The notes beneath the pieces were generated by a model that was not told where the DNA came from, ran no database searches, and worked only from the letters and a program-made list of their open reading frames with translations. A program made the translations under genes and the position numbers. Shown piece by piece: positions 8,991 to 17,936 of a stretch of DNA of 64,000 nucleotides. The stretch is from Vicinamibacterales bacterium (GTDB taxonomy: Bacteria > Acidobacteriota > Vicinamibacteria > Vicinamibacterales > 2-12-FULL-66-21): assembly GCA_035575695.1 (NCBI GenBank), contig DATLXP010000016.1:8125-72124 (forward strand), read 5' to 3'. The first letter of the stretch is position 1, and each line of letters begins with the position of its first letter.

Positions 8991-10289
8991 ATGCCCGAGG
9001 AGATTCAGAACATCATCGACTCCGTGCGATCGCGGCTGCAAGCCGAGATCGAGGCGCAGTTGGGGGCCGTCGCCGAGCAGCATCAGCAGGCGCTGGTGGA
9101 GGCCCGGCGTGCGGGGGAGCAGGATGCGGAGGGGCGACAGTCGGCCCGGGTGCGCGCCGCGGAAGAAGACGCGGAGCGCCGCTCCCGGGAGGCGATCGCG
9201 ACGCTTCGGTCGGAGCTCGAGCGCCAGCACCTCGACGAAAGCGCGAAGATCCGCGCCGAGGCGGACCAGCGGGTCACCGAGTCGTCCACTCGCGTTCGCC
9301 ACGACCTGGAACGCGCGTTAACCTCGGAACGCGAGCAGGCGCGAATCCGCGCCGAGGACGAGCGTCGCCGGGCGGAGGACGATCGTCGCCGCGCCGACGA
9401 GCAACTGTCTGAAGCCCGGGCGGCACTCGACGCTGAACGCCTCACCGCCGCGGCCTCGTCAGTCGCGCCCGCCGCCGGCCCCTCGCCGGACCAACTCATG
9501 AGTGGGTTACGGGCCCTGGACGCAGCGACAACCGTCTCGGACACGCTCGCGGCCCTTACGCTGGCGGCGGCGGCGCAGGCGCCGCGCGTGGCGCTGTTCA
9601 TCGCCAACGGGGAGCAGCTCGACGAGTGGGCCGTGGCGGGCGTGCCGGCGCTGACGCACGACTCGATCAGGATCGATGATCCCTCCGCCGGAGTTGTCGG
9701 CGTGGCTGTCCGTGATCGGATGAGCGCACGGGATGCCGCCGGCCGTGCTCCCGCATTCTCCGGCCTGCCGCATGGGCGTGCGACGATTGCGATCCCGCTC
9801 CTCCTCGATCGGCAACCCGTGGGGGTGCTGTATGGCGACGAGGGCGCGCCCTCGTCCCTCTCGACTCCGGCCCCAGCCGATGGCACCTGGCAGGACGCGT
9901 TAGAGGTCATCGCGACCCATGGCGCCACTCGACTGGGATACCTCACGGCCGTGCGGACGGCCCAGGCGATGGGGTGGATCAGCCGCGCTGCTCCGGCGCG
10001 GGCTACGGCGCCTGACACGCTCCCCCCGCCGCCGTCGTCTGACGATGAAGAACAGTCGGCGAAGCGGTATGCGCGCCTGCTGGTGTCCGAGATCAAGCTC
10101 TACAACGAGGCGGCGGTGCGTATCGGCCGCCAGAAGCGCGATCTGCTGCAGCGCCTCGATCCCGAGATCGACCGAGCCCGACGTCTCTACGAGGAACGCG
10201 TCCCGACGACGGTGTCCGGACGCGCTCAGCATTTTCACCACGAACTCGTGCACACGCTCGCCGGTGGCGACGCGTCGCTGCTCAGCTGA
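8991..10289 (+). CDS. Conserved hypothetical protein: N-terminal E/R/A-rich coiled coil, central GAF-like region, conserved C-terminal helical module (KRYARLLVSEIKLYNE...)
   Basis: 432 aa. The domain calls are by eye only. Confidence 0.6.
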   Translation: MPEEIQNIIDSVRSRLQAEIEAQLGAVAEQHQQALVEARRAGEQDAEGRQSARVRAAEEDAERRSREAIATLRSELERQHLDESAKIRAEADQRVTESSTRVRHDLERALTSEREQARIRAEDERRRAEDDRRRADEQLSEARAALDAERLTAAASSVAPAAGPSPDQLMSGLRALDAATTVSDTLAALTLAAAAQAPRVALFIANGEQLDEWAVAGVPALTHDSIRIDDPSAGVVGVAVRDRMSARDAAGRAPAFSGLPHGRATIAIPLLLDRQPVGVLYGDEGAPSSLSTPAPADGTWQDALEVIATHGATRLGYLTAVRTAQAMGWISRAAPARATAPDTLPPPPSSDDEEQSAKRYARLLVSEIKLYNEAAVRIGRQKRDLLQRLDPEIDRARRLYEERVPTTVSGRAQHFHHELVHTLAGGDASLLS

Positions 10290-10294
10290 GGCCA

Positions 10295-12637
10295 TTGACT
10301 ATCCGGACGTTTCGCGCGCTCGTCGCGCTATCCCTGCCATCGGTGCTCGGTCCGTCCGGGGCGTTGCCCGAGGCGTCCGCGCAGCTGTCGCGCACGACGC
10401 ACGCGGCGCTACCGGAACACGCCAGTGAACTCTGGCTCGTCCCATCGGGCAACGACCGCACCGCGCGCGTATCTGCGCAGTACGACGCGCTCTCCGACGC
10501 GGCGGCGCGCTACCGGGCGGGCGACTACGCCGGCGCGCTGCAACTCGCGTCGGCGCCGAGCTTGAAGGGAACTCCGCTCGCCGGCTACGCCCGGTACTAC
10601 CAGGGGCTCTCGCAGCTGCGCCTTCTTCGGACCGATGACGCGCGGAAGACGTTCGACGCGCTTCTCGACGACAAGCCGGCCGGCGCGTTGGCGACCGCAG
10701 CGGCCCTGGCGGACGGCGAAGCCGCCGAGGCTGCGGGGGACAACGCCGCCGCAGTCCGGCGATACGAGAAGCTCGCGACGGACAAGCGCGTCGTGTCTGA
10801 CGAGGTCCTCGCGCGCCTCGGGCGCACGGCGTTGGCGTCCGGCGACCGCAAGACGGCAGCCGACGCCTATGTGCGCCTGTACTACGAATTCCCACTCACG
10901 CCGGCGGGCGTTGCCGCGGGCCCTGCGCTCGAGTCGCTCCGTGACCTGCTCACGCGTTCGGGGTACGCGGCCGACATCGGACGCGCGCAGATGTTCTTCG
11001 GCGCAGGACGTTACGAAGAGTCCAGGGCAGCCTTTGGCGCCATCCGCGCCGCGCTGAGGGACGACGAACAGGAGTTGGCCGACCTGCGCATTGCTGAATC
11101 CAACTTCCAACTGAAGAATTACGCGGCGGCTCGCGACGCGTTGCGGCCGTATCTCGACAGCGCATCACGACGTGCGGAAGCCCGCTTCTTCTACCTGAGT
11201 GCTATCCGGGGACTCGGCGATCACGAGCAATACCTGACGCTCGCGCGAAAGTTGATTGCGGAGTTTCCTGACAGCTCATGGGCGGAAGAAACGCTCAACC
11301 ACCTCGCCCGGCATTACATCCTGGGGAACCAGGATCAGGCGGCAGCCTCCACGTTCCGTGAGTTGTACTCGAAGTTCCCGAGAGGTCAGCACGCCGAGCG
11401 CGCGGCCTGGAAGGACGGCTGGTGGAGCTACAAGAACAGGAATTACGCCGACACGATCCGGGTCTTCGAGAGCGCGGCCGCCGGCTTCCCACGCTCGAAC
11501 TATCGCCCGTCGTATCTCTACTGGGCGGCCAGGTCGCACGCCAGGATCGGCGCGGCCTCCGAGGGGCACTCGCGCATGCGCCTCGTCTACGACGACTACG
11601 CGCGGTCGTACTACGGGCGTCTTGCCGAGGGTCACCTGCGCCGCGCCGGGCTCTTGCCGGCAAACGATACCGTCCGACGGGCATCGAGCGCTCCACCTGC
11701 CCCTGCCGCACCGTCGCTCCCGACTGAGGAGACGATCCGTCTGCTGCTCGCGAGCGGGTTGTATGACGACGCCTTGAGCGAATTGCGATATGCGCAGCGC
11801 GTGTGGGGTGCGTCTCCGGCGATCGATGCCACAATCGCGTGGGCCTATCACCAGAAGGGGGAGCTCCGACGCGCGATCACACTGATGCGTCGAGCCTATC
11901 CGCAATACCTCACCGCCGACGGGCTTCCATCCGAAATTCTCCAGGTCATCTATCCGCTGGTCTACTGGGACTCGATCCGTCGCGAATCCTCCAGGCTCGG
12001 GCTCGACCCGTACGTCGTGGCCGCTCTCATCGGGCAGGAATCCACCTTCGATCCCCAGATCAAGTCCCCAGCCAATGCGTGGGGCCTGATGCAGATCGTG
12101 CCGGCCACGGGGCGGCGGCTTGCCCGCAACCTCGAGATCAAGAACTTCACGACCGAGCGGCTCACCGACCCCGAGCTGAACCTCAGGCTCGGCACGTATT
12201 ATTTCGCGCGCCTGATCCAGCAGTTCGGCGGCACGTACTACGCGCTTGCGAGCTATAACGCCGGCGAAAACCGGGTCGTCCGCTGGAAAGCGGAGCGGCC
12301 GGGTCTCGACGAGGACGAGTTCATCGACGACATTCCGTTTCCGGAAACTCAGAACTACGTCAAACGGATCCTCGGCACCGCCGAAGACTATCGGCTGCTC
12401 TACGGCGGCGGCAACGGCCGGCCTCAGATCGCCCGGGCTCCTTCGAAGCCCCCTGCTGCGGCCGCGGGCCCCGCCCCCACCGTCAGGAAGCCGGCGACGA
12501 AGAAATCGGCGGTGAAGAAGGCTTCAGCCAAGAAGGTGACCACGAAAAAGGTGACCGCGAAGAAACGGCCGGCGAAGAAGCCGGCCACAAAGAAAACGAC
12601 GATCAGGAAGAGGACGACCCAAGGACGCCCGAGATAG
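10295..12637 (+). CDS. Soluble lytic murein transglycosylase (Slt70-like: TPR/superhelical N-domain plus SLT domain) with a lysine-rich C-terminal tail
   Basis: 780 aa with a TTG start and a signal peptide. SLT motif GQESTFDP...AWGLMQI...YNAG. The tail is KKSAVKKASAKKVTTKKVTAKKRPAKKPATKK. Confidence 0.85.
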   Translation: MTIRTFRALVALSLPSVLGPSGALPEASAQLSRTTHAALPEHASELWLVPSGNDRTARVSAQYDALSDAAARYRAGDYAGALQLASAPSLKGTPLAGYARYYQGLSQLRLLRTDDARKTFDALLDDKPAGALATAAALADGEAAEAAGDNAAAVRRYEKLATDKRVVSDEVLARLGRTALASGDRKTAADAYVRLYYEFPLTPAGVAAGPALESLRDLLTRSGYAADIGRAQMFFGAGRYEESRAAFGAIRAALRDDEQELADLRIAESNFQLKNYAAARDALRPYLDSASRRAEARFFYLSAIRGLGDHEQYLTLARKLIAEFPDSSWAEETLNHLARHYILGNQDQAAASTFRELYSKFPRGQHAERAAWKDGWWSYKNRNYADTIRVFESAAAGFPRSNYRPSYLYWAARSHARIGAASEGHSRMRLVYDDYARSYYGRLAEGHLRRAGLLPANDTVRRASSAPPAPAAPSLPTEETIRLLLASGLYDDALSELRYAQRVWGASPAIDATIAWAYHQKGELRRAITLMRRAYPQYLTADGLPSEILQVIYPLVYWDSIRRESSRLGLDPYVVAALIGQESTFDPQIKSPANAWGLMQIVPATGRRLARNLEIKNFTTERLTDPELNLRLGTYYFARLIQQFGGTYYALASYNAGENRVVRWKAERPGLDEDEFIDDIPFPETQNYVKRILGTAEDYRLLYGGGNGRPQIARAPSKPPAAAAGPAPTVRKPATKKSAVKKASAKKVTTKKVTAKKRPAKKPATKKTTIRKRTTQGRPR

Positions 12638-12639
12638 GC

Positions 12640-14337
12640 TCAGGGGAACCCCACCACCTCATAAAGCGTCATCCGCTCGTCTGCCGCGAGTTCCCGTAGG
12701 TACGGCAGGTACGGGTTGAGGCGCAGCCTGATCTCTTCCCCGCGCGGCCCAAACATATCCCAGTGAATGCCGATGTAGCGGACGCGTGCCTTCTGCAGGA
12801 TCCGGAAGGAGTCGTGTGAAGGGAACGAATCCAGCACGAGCGATTCGGGTCGGAAGCTGGTGGGCGTGTGATCGCTGTACCCGTTCAACATCGGCATCCA
12901 GTGAGTCGTCGAAAACGCCATGTACTGCGTGTGCAGGTGCCACGCGACGCGACCCCCGTAAAACGGGAATTCGGCGAGCGGCCCCCGCGGGAGCTTCGCA
13001 AGCACGCGATAGGGCGTGGGAGCCACCAGCGCGCGGTCCCACGGAAACGGGATGACGGCGAGCTCCGCCAGCGCGGCCGCCGCGAGTAGAACCGCCACGA
13101 GAGTGCGCCGCGTGCCCGTCCGGTCCAGCAGCCAGCGCAGTGCATACCCGGCCAGCACCGCAAGGCACAGCACCACGACAATCCCGAGCCGGACGGGTGC
13201 GCGGAGGAACGAGAACATGGGAATGTGAAAGAGCGCGGTGTACAACCCGCCACGCGGTCCGAACGATGCCCAGAATGCCAGGAGGCCGAAGACGCCGTAC
13301 AGGAGGGCAGACTCTCGGGCCCGATCGCCGACACGAGCACGCGACACCGCGAGGCCGGCGCCTGCGAGTCCGAGGATCACGGCGCCGAAACCCGGAAAGA
13401 CGACGTCGGTCCATCGCGGCCAGTCCGCGATCGCCCGGAGCAGCCAGGCATGCGCGTGCGCGGACGAGGCCAGGTAGCTGGCGGCATTCGCCGAATACCG
13501 TGCGGCGTCAGCGAGCGTGCGCCTGAAGCCTTCGTCCTGCTGGATCCCGATATACGGAAAGAGAAACGGGACGACGCCGGCGATCGACACGGCAGCCGCG
13601 ACCGCGACCCCCTTCCACCAGTCACGGTTGCGGAGGTGCGACCGGCTGATGGCGAAGAGGACCACCGCGTAGCCGACCATGAGCGCCGCGAAGATGCCGT
13701 AGTAGGCGCAGGCGAGTGCCTGAAAGAGGAGGGCCAGTCCCAGGCCGAAGCCGCGTCGCACGGTTGGCGCGTCTGCCAGGCGGTGAACCATGAGCATCGC
13801 GAGCGGCAGGCCCCCCGTCCAGAGAAGCTGCACGTGCGATGTGTGCGCGAACACGTACGGACAGAAGGCGAAGAACACCGCCGCCACCGTGGCCGTCGCA
13901 GGATCCTCCGTCAGGTGTCTGACGAGCATCCACGCGAACAGGTACGCAGACGCGAACGCCACGAGATAGACGAAGTTCAGCGTGGCGTACGGATTCCTGG
14001 TCGCCCACCACACCGGCGCTCCGACGATGCCCGAGACGAGATTGGCTTCCGAATAGGCGAGCGCCTTCTGATGCGGGTGGAAGATATTGGCGTCGAAGAG
14101 GTTGACCGGATCCGCCACGACGGTGCGCGCGACCCACGCGACGTTCCACAGCGAGAAGAGTCCGTCGCCGTTCGAGCCGGTCCAGCCGTTGCTGTTCGTG
14201 GGGGCCCCCGTGCGCCCGGCGCTGCCCAGGCGCGGGGCCAGCGGCCATGTCATCAGCACGGCCAGCGCCACGGCCGCGAGGGCGGGCAGCGCCAGGCGCC
14301 GGAGACGGGGGACGATACTCTGCTCTCGAGTGTGCAT
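12640..14337 (-). CDS. Polytopic membrane protein, GT-C-fold-like (PMT/ArnT-style putative glycosyltransferase)
   Basis: 565 aa with many predicted TM helices and a C-terminal soluble domain. The family assignment is by resemblance only. Confidence 0.6.
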   Translation of the reverse strand: MHTREQSIVPRLRRLALPALAAVALAVLMTWPLAPRLGSAGRTGAPTNSNGWTGSNGDGLFSLWNVAWVARTVVADPVNLFDANIFHPHQKALAYSEANLVSGIVGAPVWWATRNPYATLNFVYLVAFASAYLFAWMLVRHLTEDPATATVAAVFFAFCPYVFAHTSHVQLLWTGGLPLAMLMVHRLADAPTVRRGFGLGLALLFQALACAYYGIFAALMVGYAVVLFAISRSHLRNRDWWKGVAVAAAVSIAGVVPFLFPYIGIQQDEGFRRTLADAARYSANAASYLASSAHAHAWLLRAIADWPRWTDVVFPGFGAVILGLAGAGLAVSRARVGDRARESALLYGVFGLLAFWASFGPRGGLYTALFHIPMFSFLRAPVRLGIVVVLCLAVLAGYALRWLLDRTGTRRTLVAVLLAAAALAELAVIPFPWDRALVAPTPYRVLAKLPRGPLAEFPFYGGRVAWHLHTQYMAFSTTHWMPMLNGYSDHTPTSFRPESLVLDSFPSHDSFRILQKARVRYIGIHWDMFGPRGEEIRLRLNPYLPYLRELAADERMTLYEVVGFP

Positions 14338-14357
14338 GTAGAATGCATCTCATTCTA
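14333..14357. promoter_or_regulatory. Nested AT-rich palindromes at the divergent start region (TGCAT-gtaga-ATGCA and TAGAATG-catct-CATTCTA)
   Basis: Read directly. TAGAAT (-10-like) is present on both strands. It lies between the start at 14337 (-) and the candidate + starts. Confidence 0.45.
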
Positions 14358-17024
14358 CTGTCACACCTCGGCCGCTCCGTGCGCACCTCGCGCGTTTTTC
14401 CTCTTGTTGCGGCGGCGATCGCATCGGTAGCCGCATGGCTGTCGCAGAGTCTCGTCCTGTTCACCGGAACGGGTGATGGACGCATGGCGTTGCTGCCGCT
14501 GTCGCTGACGGCAGCGGCGCTGGCACTGAGCGTGGGCGCCGCGGCCTGGTGGGCCGTCAGACGTGGCGCAAGCGCCGTTCCGCTCGCCCTCCTCGCGCTG
14601 CTTGCGGTGCCGTGGCTTCCAGGCCGCCTGCCATCGATCGCACTGCTGTGGACGGGGCCCATGGTGTGGCTGGTCTGGCTGGCCGTCGCCCTGTGCATGG
14701 TGGCCGGCAAAGACCATCTGCGGTTTCAGGTGACGCGCCCGCGTCTGACCGCCGGCTTCCTGGCGTTTGTCGTCGGCGCGTTCGCTTTCTGGCAGGTGAG
14801 CCCGTCGGTGCCTGGAGGGGACGAGCCGCACTATCTCGTCATCACGCAAAGCCTGCTGCAGGACCGGGACATCCGGATCGAGAACAACCATCGGCAGCGG
14901 GACTATCGGGCCTATTTCGCCGGTGAACTCAATCCTGACTTCCGGGTGCGGGGACGAAACGGGGCGATCTATTCGATCCACGCACCCGGGGTGTCGGCGC
15001 TCGTCGCCCCGGCATTCGCGCTGGCCGGCTACCGGGGTGTCGTGGTCTTCCTGCTGGTCCTGTCGGCGCTCGGCAGCGCGCTGACGTGGCATCTGGCGTG
15101 GCTCGTGTCGAGGCGGGAGGACGCGGCCTGGTTTAGCTGGGCCGCCGTCACGCTGTCGGCCACCTGGATCTTCCACAGCTTCACCGTCTACCCCGACGGT
15201 CCCGGGGCTGTGCTGGCGCTCACGGGCGCCTGGGCGCTGCTGCGGGCCGAACGCGAGGCGACACTCACCGATGAGTCGATCGTCCCCTGGCTGTTCCACG
15301 GGGCCGCTCTGGCGATGCTGCCGTGGATGCATACGCGATTTGCGGCGATTGCCGGCCTGACCGGGGCGCTCGTGCTGCTGCGCCTGCCGCGCGTGCCGAA
15401 CGCCGCCGGGAAAGCGCTGGCGTTCCTGTCCCTCCCCGCGGTGAGCGCGCTCGCCTGGATCGGTTACTTCATCACGATCTACGGCACCCCGAATCCTGCG
15501 GCCCCCTTCGGTGGCGAGGCGAACGCCCTCGCGTTCATCCCGGACGGCCTGGCGGGGCTGCTCTTCGACCAGCGTTTCGGTCTGCTGCCGTATGCGCCCG
15601 TGCTGCTCTGCGCGGGGGCGGGTCTCGGTCTCATGGTCGTCCGTCCGCGCCTGCGCCACTACGGCCTCGACATTCTGGCCGTCGTCGTGCCCTATCTTCT
15701 TGTCGTCACGTCTGTGGCGATATGGTGGGGAGGCAGCAGTGCGCCCGCGCGGTTCTTCATGCCCGTCCTGCCGTGGCTGGCCATGCCGGCGGCCGTCGCC
15801 TGGACGGCGTTCCCGTCCCGCGCCGCGAGGACGCTCGCGGGCGCGGCACTGGCCTTCACGGTATTCGCGTCGGCGGCCCTGGTGCTGGTCGACGACGGGG
15901 CTCTCGCCTTCAACAGCCGGGTGGGATACGCGCGCTGGCTCGAATGGCTGAACGGCAGCCTGGACCTCGGCCGCGGGCTGCCCGTGTGGTGGCGTGACGA
16001 CGAGGGGCCGTTGTTTCGCGGGATCGGGATCTGGACCGCTTCGGCAGTCGCCGGCTATTTCGCGGTGAGATCGCTCGAGCGGCGGCGCGGACTGCAGAAC
16101 CGCGGAGCCTTCGCCGCCACCGCGGCGTTCATGGCCGCGGTGTGCGCGATGGTGGCGATTTCGGTCAGCTGGATGGTGAGCGGCGTCGACGGGCGAGCCG
16201 CGGTGCCTGCACAGCTCGACGCACTCCGCCGGCTGTCGAACGCACGACGCCTCCTTGCGTTGGATCTGAAGAGAGTCGACCGGATCGCACCAGCCGGTGT
16301 CGCATCGGTGCTGCACATCGCACCGCCATTGTCGACGGTCAATGGAGGCGCGGGCCGCAACGACCGCCCGCTCTTCGTCGTCCCCGCCGTGCCGGCCGGC
16401 GAGTATCACCTCCGCGTGTCACGCCGGGCGGCGGGCGGGTGGCTGATGATCGGGATCGGCCGCGACCAGTTTGCACTGCGCACCGAGCCGCTCGACGCGA
16501 GCGGCCCTCCGATCTCCGTGACGTTTCCCGTTGCTGTGCGCGCCCTCATCGTTCGAGGGGACGAAGAGGCTCGACAGAACGTCCAGGGCCTCACGATCGA
16601 ACCCGTGCGGATCCTGCGCCCGAACGAGCGACTGTCGAAGGATGTCGCCCGCCGCGCCGTGCGGTACGGGGCCGCCACGGCGTTCTTCATGGACGACCGG
16701 AGCTTTCCGGAACCTGAAGCGTTCTGGGTCGGTGGCGCCCGCGACGCCGTCGTCGTGCTGCAGCCCGATCGGCCGCGCGCCACGCTGACGCTCCTGGTGA
16801 GAAACGGCGCCGTTGAGAACTCGGTGCTGATCTCGGCGGGTTCGTGGCGGGACGCAGCCAGTCTCGGACCTGGAGAGGAACGCCACATCGATGTTCCCCT
16901 CGATCAGGCTCGCGGTGCGACCTTGCTGCGGTTCACGACCAGCGCAGGCTTCCGGCCCTCGGCCGTCGAGCCGAACAGCCGCGACGACAGGTTCCTGGGG
17001 GTGCTGGTCAAGGTGATCAACTAG
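14343..17024 (+). CDS. Large polytopic membrane protein (GT-C-like N-terminal region) with a C-terminal soluble domain
   Basis: The track ORF starts at 14247 but overlaps the divergent gene. In-frame alternatives are ATG 14343, GTG 14379 (VRTSRVFPLVAAAIASVAAWL, the best N-terminal TM look) and ATG 14484. The start is uncertain. Confidence 0.6.
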   Translation: MHLILLSHLGRSVRTSRVFPLVAAAIASVAAWLSQSLVLFTGTGDGRMALLPLSLTAAALALSVGAAAWWAVRRGASAVPLALLALLAVPWLPGRLPSIALLWTGPMVWLVWLAVALCMVAGKDHLRFQVTRPRLTAGFLAFVVGAFAFWQVSPSVPGGDEPHYLVITQSLLQDRDIRIENNHRQRDYRAYFAGELNPDFRVRGRNGAIYSIHAPGVSALVAPAFALAGYRGVVVFLLVLSALGSALTWHLAWLVSRREDAAWFSWAAVTLSATWIFHSFTVYPDGPGAVLALTGAWALLRAEREATLTDESIVPWLFHGAALAMLPWMHTRFAAIAGLTGALVLLRLPRVPNAAGKALAFLSLPAVSALAWIGYFITIYGTPNPAAPFGGEANALAFIPDGLAGLLFDQRFGLLPYAPVLLCAGAGLGLMVVRPRLRHYGLDILAVVVPYLLVVTSVAIWWGGSSAPARFFMPVLPWLAMPAAVAWTAFPSRAARTLAGAALAFTVFASAALVLVDDGALAFNSRVGYARWLEWLNGSLDLGRGLPVWWRDDEGPLFRGIGIWTASAVAGYFAVRSLERRRGLQNRGAFAATAAFMAAVCAMVAISVSWMVSGVDGRAAVPAQLDALRRLSNARRLLALDLKRVDRIAPAGVASVLHIAPPLSTVNGGAGRNDRPLFVVPAVPAGEYHLRVSRRAAGGWLMIGIGRDQFALRTEPLDASGPPISVTFPVAVRALIVRGDEEARQNVQGLTIEPVRILRPNERLSKDVARRAVRYGAATAFFMDDRSFPEPEAFWVGGARDAVVVLQPDRPRATLTLLVRNGAVENSVLISAGSWRDAASLGPGEERHIDVPLDQARGATLLRFTTSAGFRPSAVEPNSRDDRFLGVLVKVIN

Positions 17025-17840
17025 CTAGAACCGCAGGACCCCGCCGACGTAGAGCCCCTTCATTTTCAGTTCCCCCTCGTCTGTATCCACCTTGTAGAAC
17101 ACGTCGAACGAGCGGTAGCCGGCCTGGGCGCCGAAATGGTCGGTGAAGTTCACGCTGCCGTAGACGTCGAAGTCGATGTACTTGGCCCGGTAGTTCTCGT
17201 CGATGCCCTCGGGAAGCTTGAAGCCGCTGATCTCACCGGTGATGGAAATGTTCGGGACGACGTAGACACGCCCGATCGCGCCGACCGCTGGAATCGGCGC
17301 GCGGGCGCGGGCGAACTCCGTGTCCAGGAAGTTGGCGAGCGTCGCCTGGACGTCCGTGTACTTCGCTTCGAGCAGGATCCCGAAGAATCCGCGGTCGCGG
17401 TAGATCATGTCCCACTCGTACGTGAAGCGGTACGCATTCCACTTCAGCTCCGTGGCGATCGGCAGCGCGATGGGGTAGAGGATCCCGTTGAAGACGACGT
17501 TGCGGCGGAGGACACCGTTCGGCTGTTCGTACCGGATCGGGGTGTATTCGAACCGCAGCTTGTGCTTCTTTCCAGGCCGGACGACGACCTTCAGCTGTGG
17601 GAAGCGGGTCTTCTCGATCCCGAGATCGTTGACGAAGTCGATCCGGCTCCCGATGATCCCGAGCGCTTCGCTCGTGATCCCCAGTGTCGGCGTCGGGTTC
17701 CAGAGGTAGCCGCCGATCTCGAAGTGATAGTTCTCGCCCGTCGCGCGGTCTGACGTGCCCCGTGCGGCGTACTGTGCCTGCGCCGGTACGGCGACCATCA
17801 ACATGAGGCACACAAGAGATATGGCTACGCGGATGCGCAT
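17025..17840 (-). CDS. Outer-membrane beta-barrel protein (unknown family)
   Basis: I chose the start at the internal ATG (MRIRVAISLVCLMLMVAVPAQAQ signal peptide). It has alternating beta-strand patterning and a C-terminal ...GGVLRF. Confidence 0.7.
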   Translation of the reverse strand: MRIRVAISLVCLMLMVAVPAQAQYAARGTSDRATGENYHFEIGGYLWNPTPTLGITSEALGIIGSRIDFVNDLGIEKTRFPQLKVVVRPGKKHKLRFEYTPIRYEQPNGVLRRNVVFNGILYPIALPIATELKWNAYRFTYEWDMIYRDRGFFGILLEAKYTDVQATLANFLDTEFARARAPIPAVGAIGRVYVVPNISITGEISGFKLPEGIDENYRAKYIDFDVYGSVNFTDHFGAQAGYRSFDVFYKVDTDEGELKMKGLYVGGVLRF

Positions 17841-17936
17841 GGATTGTCTCGCTCCTGAAATGAACAAAGGAAAACGGCCCGTCGAGAGGAGCATGGCTGG
17901 GAAACGGGCCCAGAATAGCACATATACTGCTGCTGG

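Noticed and set aside
14361-16409. Long antisense ORFs (for example 14361-16409, 19673-21394, 48775-50463, 53199-55355, 57595-59484, 43537-45045, 37321-38322) as real genes
   Set aside because: Each lies antisense to a gene with clear family motifs. Their translations are Arg/Pro/Gly/Ala-rich low-complexity strings typical of stop-poor frames in GC-rich DNA, with no recognisable motifs.
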